DNA of 63,949 nucleotides, the filler included, from Octopus bimaculoides (Eukaryota): assembly GCF_001194135.2 (NCBI RefSeq). It is 5 parts of 5 records of this genome, joined end to end, with 100 filler letters (N's around TTAATTAATTAA, not from the genome) between each part and the next. Parts side by side here need not be neighbours in the genome. Positions count along the whole stretch, not along the records: positions 51,288 to 61,263 come from NC_068988.1; positions 61,364 to 63,949 come from NW_026356915.1; 3 more parts are not named here. One strand, given 5' to 3'. Under the pieces are notes generated by a model, which was not told the origin of the DNA, did no database searches, and saw only the letters and a list, made by a program, of their open reading frames with translations. Both the position numbers and the translations under genes were made by a program. Below are positions 55,645 through 63,949 of this stretch, in pieces; within the stretch, counting starts at the first letter, position 1; each line of letters begins with the position of its first letter.

Positions 55645-55883
55645 ATTGGGTTGTAGCTTTTTTTTTTCAACATATTTTATTCAACAAAAACAATAACAAT
55701 ATTTAACAAAAATATCTTTAAATGACGGCCTGACCGTCTGTCAAGCAAATGGGAAGCAGTAATTGAAGTAGATGGTGAATATGCTCCGGAATAATCATTG
55801 AAATATGTTTTTGTTACACGTTGTTATAGTTTTTGTTGAATAAAATTTTTTCATAAAAAACCGCAATAATTATGCACCAACCC
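55645..55883 (+). mobile_element. Mariner MITE-like deletion derivative
   Basis: Right TIR aaaaaaccgcaataattatgcaccaaccc (Hsmar1/mellifera type), subterminal inverted repeat 55675-55700 / 55821-55846, and residual C-terminus DGLDRLSSKWEAVIEVDGEYAPE-like. Confidence 0.8.
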
Positions 55884-55899
55884 ACTGCTCTACACAAAG

Positions 55900-56630
55900 A
55901 GACGGCGCTTATCAGTTACATCGAAAAGGAGGAAACTGAAGTAATATCAGTCATTGATGAGATGAACTTAAACTCAACCATAGATCCTGATGGATTCCCA
56001 GAAATCCTCCTAAAGAAATGCAAAAGGGCTCTGGAAAAGCCACTGCAGATACCATGCAAATGATTCCTTGCAAATAGGGGACTTCCCAGGAAGTTATAAG
56101 AACTCAAATGTCCTTTCTGCAAAGAAGGTAGTAGAGGGGATGCTAAAAATTATAAACCTATCTTTTTTTATGAAAGATATCAGCAAAGTCTTTGGATGCA
56201 TTGTCAGAAGTGAGTTGATGAATTTCGTAGAAGGTAACGACTTCTTTGTCACCCAGTATAGCTTCCACTGAGGAAAAAGCCGCATTACGCAGTCCCTTCA
56301 GCATTGTCAGAAGCTGATCATGTACCTAGAAAATAATGATTTGCACTGTGGAACCAAGTATGGCTAGCGCTGAGGATGATGGTAAAGAAACTAATGAATC
56401 ACACAAACGTGGATGTATCATCAGGAAAATTGTATCAACAGAACTGCTGGGTGGGCTACAGGGAAAGACTGAAAGATTCTATTCCCTGGAGCGAAGACCG
56501 GTGAGTTATGAGGTGATATACATATGATAGATCCTAAGGAGTTGGCATTAAACTTTGGCATCTCCAGTTATAGCAGCCTGCGAACTTGACATCACTGCAT
56601 TGTTTCAAATATCCTGCCTGTGCTGTCTAG
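55900..56630 (+). mobile_element. CR1/L2-like LINE relic with internal deletion
   Basis: DPDGFPEILLKKCKRALEKPL...ISKVF..IVR (RT N-terminal part) followed by FYSLERR...VIYI...NFGI (C-terminal part). Confidence 0.7.
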
Positions 56631-56651
56631 ATAGAGGAAAAGGTAGATAAA

Positions 56652-56898
56652 TGTTGGGTTGGCAGCTAAGTTACCGCCGTTTTTTTTTTAATTTTGGAAT
56701 TTATTGCGTTTTTGAATTTTGGAATGTATTTTTTCGAGAATTCTATTTTTGAATCATTCTGGAATCTATTTTTTTCTTTTCTAGTTAATTTGAGTTAATT
56801 TTTGTTTATTTTCAGATCATTAAAATGGAATGTCAACTTAAGAAAAACGAGCATTTTGGCCACCTCCTTTTTGCTTTTAATCAAGATTCTAAGGCCGT
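56652..56898 (+). mobile_element. Mariner 5' fragment
   Basis: TIR-like tgttgggttggcagctaagttaccgccgtttt and N-terminus MECQLKKNEHFGHLLFAFNQDSKA. Confidence 0.75.
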
Positions 56899-56929
56899 CT
56901 CCATACACAGCACAAATGTCGCGAGCAGA

Positions 56930-57104
56930 TTTTACGACCGCAAAAACCCTGGCTTCCGTGTTCTTTTTTTACGGAGCTTAGAAAATCTGAATGACCGCTG
57001 TAATACCTGTGTGAATCTTAGAGGCGTAAACTTTGAATAGTCATAATTAACTGATCCTCCTGTATATTCTTTAACCCAAAGTCTTAAAATTCGGTAACCT
57101 CTCG
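56930..57104 (+). mobile_element. Mariner 3' fragment with irritans-like TIR
   Basis: FYDRKNPGF...LENLNDRCNTCVNLRGVNFE*, then ...ttcggtaacctctcg|TA. Confidence 0.7.
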
Positions 57105-57559
57105 TAATTAAGCGTAGAATATTGCCACGCAACAATGTTGACGGCTCTTCAGGCATCGTAGCCCGAACTTCAGAGCATTCTGAGCACGAGAGGTTCATAC
57201 ATTCTGGGTTCAGTTGGTGGTGGTAAAATATGAAATGATATTTTAGTGCAAAAAATTGAATGACGAATAAAAAATAAAGTGAGGCAAAAATGGAACGAAG
57301 GAAGGCAGAGTTATTTCCCTTGAAATCTAATTCTAACGTTCTGCAATTTTTGAAAATCTTTTGTGCTCCTTAAATAAGATTAGTTAATTCTTATGTATTG
57401 TCATGTCCTGAATCTATTGAAAAAAGCTTATTAACTATAGGCTTAAAGATACATGACACGAAATAATTGATTATTTTTTTGTAACGTACAATCGTCATTA
57501 TGTCTAAAGCTCTAGTCCGTATCTACTCTGCCTTTTTTACTTGACGCTTATAATGGACT

Positions 57560-58960
57560 GTAGAATGATTTCTTGCCGATGTCCTGCAATATTCCGCAAA
57601 CATTGATTCGTTCCATTGACTCTGGTACCGCTTTTCCTTGGTTGAAATATTTTGGTGAAACCTTTCAGGATGTCCGTAATTAACTGTCCCACAGTTCGCT
57701 GGAAAAGTCTAAATGCGAGTCCAAAAATGTGGATTTTAAGTGTCATCCCATTCTGTTTCAAAGAAATCCTTTCGCCATTTACTTGAACGTTTCCTAAGTA
57801 GTTTTCCCCGCTTCATGAAGGTCTGATTCAAAATCACCATCTTTAAGAAGCTCTGGAATTTGAGTACCAATGATCCTTCTTTTATCTTAGGGCCGCTCAG
57901 TGAGGGGAATTTTGATGTTAAATAATTGAGTCTCTGACTGGATTTGTCCATAGCTTTTAGAAATGTTTTCATGAGACTCACTTTTATGTGCAGTGCTAGT
58001 ATCAAAACCTTTTTTGGTTCAGTGAGAGGTGGATATTCGACATTTTTCGTCCCAGGCTCCAATGATTGACGTGGTGACCAGTCTCTCCTGACATAGTGGG
58101 AGCCCTATGCACAGCTGTCCCATTTACGCAGAAAGCGACAGTAGTAGGTGCATCTGACCTGCAGGCACATCACAAGAGCTGTGACATATAAGTCACCACA
58201 GAGCTGCCATTGAAATCCACCATATTTTATGCATTGCAACATATGCTTTATATTTTCATAAGATTCTTTCACATGTGACGTATAGCCCGTAGGAACTGAT
58301 ACTTCACTATAGCCATTATGCAGTAAGACAACTTTCAGATTAGTTTTTGACGAATCTATGAATAGCCTCCAGTGATTGGCTACGTATTCAATAACAAGAG
58401 CTTCCGCCAGACCATTAATATTGTTGTAGACCAATTCCCTTTGATTATGTCACCTTTTATTACGAAAAAATTACTGAACTACTGCTGTCGGTCATGAAAT
58501 TTTGAAGTCTTCACATCAGTTGCTAGGAGATTGCACGGTTGAAGAAGAGAGCCTAGCAGCTCTGCTCTGACTTACTCTTAGGTAGTTTTAGATCCCTGAC
58601 AATGTCATGGAGTTCTTGATATGAGATGTGGTCTAGAGGAGTGTGCTTCATCTAAATTTGGGTCACTCTGTAAACCAGCACTGTCATCGTTCTCTATTGC
58701 TTCATCACCACTTTCTTCATCTGACTCGAAGAATACCAAAGTCGGTGCACCAGGAACAGGTAGACCGCTGTATAGAACTAGGTGAATAGCTGATGGAATG
58801 TTTGGATATTTATTGGACTCCTTTTCCTTCCTTGACAAGCCCTTCTTTACTGCAGGTGTCATGCAGAAATAATAATTGTAGGTATGGTCTGTTAGATTTC
58901 GCCAAGTCATGTCATAAGAAAAGGCATTCCTTTCCTTTTCCTGTTCAACCATTGGCGAAA
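57560..58960 (-). pseudogene. Chapaev3-type (CMC superfamily) transposase relic
   Basis: WRNLTDHTYNYYFC, KYPNIPSAI, WRLFIDSSKTNLKVVLLHNG, WQLCGDL, LHIKVSLMK, KFPSLS..KIKEG and (alternative frame) HPERFHQNISTKEKRYQSQW. The superfamily assignment is from my recall of Chapaev3 proteins, not a search. Confidence 0.8.
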
Positions 58961-60007
58961 GTAGTGGCACAAGCGTTGCAGTATATGTGAGGAGTATGAT
59001 CCACATATTAAACACGATAGAAAGGAGAATCAACATATCTCGTCATTCTCTTCACCTAATCATCCACCCATTTACACACACACGCATATATANNNNNNNN
59101 NNNNNNNNNNNNNNNNNNNNNNNNNNNNNNNNNNNNNNNNNNNNNNNNNNNNNNNNNNNNNNNNNNNNNNNNNNNNNNNNNNNNNNNNNNNNNNNNNNNN
59201 NNNNNNNNNNNNNNNNNNNNNNNNNNNNNNNNNNNNNNNNNNNNNNNNNNNNNNNNNNNNNNNNNNNNNNNNNNNNNNNNNNNNNNNNNNNNNNNNNNNN
59301 NNNNNNNNNNNNNNNNNNNNNNNNNNNNNNNNNNNNNNNNNNNNNNNNNNNNNNNNNNNNNNNNNNNNNNNNNNNNNNNNNNNNNNNNNNNNNNNNNNNN
59401 NNNNNNNNNNNNNNNNNNNNNNNNNNNNNNNNNNNNNNNNNNNNNNNNNNNNNNNNNNNNNNNNNNNNNNNNNNNNNNNNNNNNNNNNNNNNNNNNNNNN
59501 NNNNNNNNNNNNNNNNNNNNNNNNNNNNNNNNNNNNNNNNNNNNNNNNNNNNNNNNNNNNNNNNNNNNNNNNNNNNNNNNNNNNNNNNNNNNNNNNNNNN
59601 NNNNNNNNNNNNNNNNNNNNNNNNNNNNNNNNNNNNNNNNNNNNNNNNNNNNNNNNNNNNNNNNNNNNNNNNNNNNNNNNNNNNNNNNNNNNNNNNNNNN
59701 NNNNNNNNNNNNNNNNNNNNNNNNNNNNNNNNNNNNNNNNNNNNNNNNNNNNNNNNNNNNNNNNNNNNNNNNNNNNNNNNNNNNNNNNNNNNNNNNNNNN
59801 NNNNNNNNNNNNNNNNNNNNNNNNNNNNNNNNNNNNNNNNNNNNNNNNNNNNNNNNNNNNNNNNNNNNNNNNNNNNNNNNNNNNNNNNNNNNNNNNNNNN
59901 NNNNNNNNNNNNNNNNNNNNNNNNNNNNNNNNNNNNNNNNNNNNNNNNNNNNNNNNNNNNNNNNNNNNNNNNNNNNNNNNNNNNNNNNNNNNNNNNNNNN
60001 TATATAT

Positions 60008-60046
<39 letters not shown>

Positions 60047-60047
60047 C

Positions 60048-60081
<34 letters not shown>

Positions 60082-60457
60082 AATAATAGCGGGAGAGAGA
60101 AACCTTGAATTTATAAGACATTGGGAAAAATAACGGCTAAGAAAACCTGTGTTGGATCCGAATTAAGTTTACAAATTATCAGAATATTTGTTAACCCCTA
60201 TCGTAGGATATTAACAGGTGACAATATTGACGTCGCGGGTAGTACATACATTCTGAGTTCAGTTGCTGGTGACGAAATATAAAATGAAATTTTAGGGCAA
60301 AAGCTGTAATGGTATATAGAAGGTGATTCAAAAACGTAACGGAGAAACTAGAGTTATTTCCCTTGAAATGGAAACTATCGTTCCCTCGTTTAACACAATA
60401 GAATGGAATTTTAGTGTATATACGTCATTCTCTATATCCATCCACTGATCCGCCCAA

Positions 60458-60503
<46 letters not shown>

Positions 60504-61201
60504 GCGCGCGCGCCCACACACGCACACGTACACGCACACGCACACGCACACACACACACACTGACACGCACACACATATACTCAAACACACGCAGACACA
60601 CACACACACATATTGAGAGCGACAGATAGAGAGACAGAAATAGAGAAGGCTAGAGAGTGGTAGGGAACAAAATAAGTTAATGCATTGCTAGCTGATATCT
60701 GATGTGGCACCACAGATAACGTATATGTATGTATACCTGCCCGATTGCAGGTATACACGTAAGTAAATAAACGAATACAGACACACAAGCTCTCTCTCCC
60801 TCCCCCTCTCTATTTTCTCTCTCACGCACGCGCGTTCCCACACAAAACATACAAATTTTCACGCATGAACTATCAAATATATAACTACAATAGTATTTTC
60901 TGTATTTGACACACCCCTTTATAATATGGGTGTGTTGCACAAATGAGCACAGCATTTAGCTCATGATATTCATGCACCAATTATTCATGACAATCGAAAA
61001 CTGCTGCGTATGTAAATAGAAGATATAAGAAGAATAAAATTCCATTTTTACGTATACATAATACTCCTAATACGTCAAGAAAAGTTACAAAATCTCTCCT
61101 TCATTAACTTACACTAAACTTCCTTCTTATTGCGGCAATGTGCATGTGTATACACATATGCATATATTTATGTATGTATGTGAATCTGTATACACACACA
61201 C

Positions 61202-61263
<62 letters not shown>

Positions 61264-61363
61264 NNNNNNNNNNNNNNNNNNNNNNNNNNNNNNNNNNNNN
61301 NNNNNNNTTAATTAATTAANNNNNNNNNNNNNNNNNNNNNNNNNNNNNNNNNNNNNNNNNNNN
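61264..61363. other. Assembly gap spacer (44N-TTAATTAATTAA-44N)
   Basis: Linker at 61308-61319. Confidence 0.95.
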
Positions 61364-61481
61364 GCGAGTGTATGCATGTGTGCAATTTTGCACGTGTCGG
61401 TGTATCTATTTGTGTGTGAATGTATGTGTGTGTACATTAGTATGTGTGTGTATGTGTGTGTGCATGTGGGTATATATATGT

Positions 61482-61520
<39 letters not shown>

Positions 61521-61905
61521 GGTATTAAGGAAAATGTGTCAGGAAGTGTATGCATGTGCGAAATTTTACAAGCGTGTATGTGTGTGTGTATGTGTGTATG
61601 CGTATTATGGAGAATGTGTCAAGAGTGCGTATGCATGTGTGCAATTTTGCAAGTGTGTGTGTATATGTGTGTGTGTGTATATGTGTGTGTGTGTATGTCT
61701 GTGTATGCGTGATAAGGAGAATGTGTCAATTGCGGGTATGCATCTGTGCAATTGTTCAAGTGTGTGTGTGTGTGTGTGTGTGTTAAGGAGAATGTGTCAG
61801 GCGAGTGTATGCATGTGCGCAATCTTGCAAGTATGTGTTTGTGTGTGCGTGCAATTTTGCGTGTATCTTTGCGCGCGTGTGTGTATGTGTGTGTGCGTGT
61901 AATTT

Positions 61906-61970
<65 letters not shown>

Positions 61971-61985
61971 AGGTGAATGTTGTAC
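61364..61985. repeat. Minisatellite: ~50 bp core units separated by variable (GT)n spacers
   Basis: Core ttaaggagaatgtgtcaggcgagtgtatgcatgtgtgcaattttgcaag at about 61523, 61602, 61711 and 61781, with partial copies at 61364, 61848, 61898 and 61967. Confidence 0.85.
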
Positions 61986-62264
61986 GTATGCTTTTTGTGA
62001 TTTTATTCTACCGTCAACCCTAACAGCCCCTTTTCATGCCCGATTTAACGCAGCCTCCTCATCGTTAAGCATCGACCCTGTACAAAACTTGCCATCCAGG
62101 AAACATTGTTTTACTTTTCCTTTCCGTTTAATTTTATATATTTCTCTGCATTTGTATTTTTTGTTGTTGTTTTTTTTATTTTAAGTATTTGTTTATATTG
62201 TTTATGTGTAGTTTTTATTTTTTTTTTCCACATCGAATTTAAAATAAAAATAAAATATAAATAA

Positions 62265-62570
62265 AAACACGAATGTCGATCAAGCAATACGCGTCAAGCT
62301 GACGGTCGCGGTACGGATGTGATGTCAACACGTAATTCACCGCCCTTGTCACTAGTCAACAGCCGGCAGATGTCACCACAAGCAGACAGCATCTGTGTCA
62401 GCAGCAATTTAATAACAGAATCTTGTGATGAACGGTGGAGGCGGAGGCGGAGTACGGCAGCGCGATGTTAGCGCGGTAAATGTTCTCATGACGACAAACG
62501 AAAGAACCGCATCGCATTGACACAGGAGACTCTTTCTCCAAAGGGAAGATGTGCGTGCGCAAGCTCGAGA
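62265..62570. promoter_or_regulatory. CpG-rich unique island, candidate cis-regulatory element
   Basis: About 25 CpGs in 300 bp by my count, in an AT-rich context; TGTCA at 62323, 62347, 62371 and 62396. Confidence 0.35.
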
Positions 62571-63168
62571 GAGAGAGAGACAGAGAGAGAGAGACAGAGA
62601 GAGAGAGATGGGGGAGCGAGGAAGAGAGAGATAGAGAGAGGGGAGAGAGAAGGAGGGAGAGAGGAAGATGGAGAGAGGAAGAGAGGAGAGAGAAGCTATA
62701 AGAATAAAGGAGAAACGTTTTGGGTGATTTGAGGAAAGGGAACNNNNNNNNNNNNNNNNNNNNNNNNNNNNNNNNNNNNNNNNNNNNNNNNNNNNNNNNN
62801 NNNNNNNNNNNNNNNNNNNNNNNNNNNNNNNNNNNNNNNNNNNNNNNNNNNNNNNNNNNNNNNNNNNNNNNNNNNNNNNNNNNNNNNNNNNNNNNNNNNN
62901 NNNNNNNNNNNNNNNNNNNNNNNNNNNNNNNNNNNNNNNNNNNNNNNNNNNNNNNNNNNNNNNNNNNNNNNNNNNNNNNNNNNNNNNNNNNNNNNNNNNN
63001 NNNNNNNNNNNNNNNNNNNNNNNNNNNNNNNNNNNNNNNNNNNNNNNNNNNNNNCTCTGAAAATTGGGTGCATTTGAATAAATTCCAGATGAAAAAGAAG
63101 CAAAAGAAACATTAAGAGCAGCAGCAGCAGCTGCGGCAGCCGACAAAAGATGAAAATAATAATGGTAG

Positions 63169-63209
<41 letters not shown>

Positions 63210-63569
63210 GTGATGGTGATGAGGAAGAAGAAAGGGATCAAGAAGAAGAAGAAGAAAAAAGGAGGAAGACGAGCAAGCTTAAAAGGTAAAAATGGAAGAG
63301 AAGAAATAATAAGAAAAAATAAATACAGGAAACGTTTCTTTCTATATAAAAACAAAGCAAAATGAATTCAGGGGGGGGGGGGGAAATGGAAGATTTCCTC
63401 AAGGAAACTAAAATGGTCAGGTGAACTGTAATCTGCACATGTGCACTTGCGTGCGCGTGTATGTGAAAGAGAGAGAGAGAGAGAGAGACAGAAAACATGA
63501 TGCAGAGGATGTGCATGCATGCATGTATGTATGTATGTATGTATGTACGTATGTCTCTCTCTCTCTGTA

Positions 63570-63604
<35 letters not shown>

Positions 63605-63949
63605 ATATATATATATATATATATATATCTTATAGTAAAAATAGATACATAAGGGTGGAAAACCACAGGAACAATACCATATGTCCAACGCAAGATATAA
63701 TATGTGTGTTCAATTCCTTCAAGAATCAATAAATAAATTTATAGTTTTCAGTCTCTAAGGTGTCTAAAAGGTACGGTAAAAAGACAGGCAAATACAACGA
63801 TATAAACTTTAGAAATATCATGAATGTTCAAAATATTTATTTAAAAATATATATAAACATGCATAATTACCAAATATTGTATAAGAATATAAGAATTTAA
63901 GTTAAAACATTACGATATATAATTATACAAAATTACAGATTATATATAT

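Noticed and set aside
61364-61985. CRISPR-like repeat-spacer appearance
   Set aside because: Eukaryotic context, degenerate repeats, spacers that are just (GT)n, and no cas genes.
62265-62468. Open plus frame MSTRNSPPLSLVNSRQMSPQ... in the CpG island
   Set aside because: About 49 aa from the ATG, unrecognised, and no donor site; short open frames are expected in GC-rich DNA.

Overview
This is AT-rich eukaryotic genomic DNA. It is most likely octopus/cephalopod, an inference from the SINE repertoire and the extreme microsatellite load. About 9.5 kb (~15%) is N, in 25 gaps that mostly abut microsatellites. I found no host protein-coding exon, tRNA, rRNA or CRISPR array that I can support; nearly all ORFs in the supplied track are microsatellite or N-run artefacts. 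The window looks like a giant intron or intergenic stretch filled with TE relics: many tRNA-derived SINEs of three families, Tx1-clade LINE pieces (one ~3.4 kb), three R4/Dong-type RLE retrotransposon pieces bounded by (TAA)n, a CR1-like LINE, several mariner/Tc1 relics, a Chapaev3-type transposase relic and a Helentron-type (HINE/DINE-1-like) element. The most interesting signals are: (i) a 3' stem-loop plus AATAAA, varying in sequence but not in fold, shared by the Tx1 LINE ends and one SINE tail, with Tx1-type ends repeatedly abutting SINE sequence; (ii) a cluster of three Dong families in TAA arrays; (iii) interleaved inverted repeats at 14.2-14.8 kb; (iv) two degenerate hammerhead-like motifs and a pre-miRNA-like hairpin; (v) a CpG-rich island with periodic TGTCA motifs. 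Boundaries were read by eye and are approximate unless stated otherwise.
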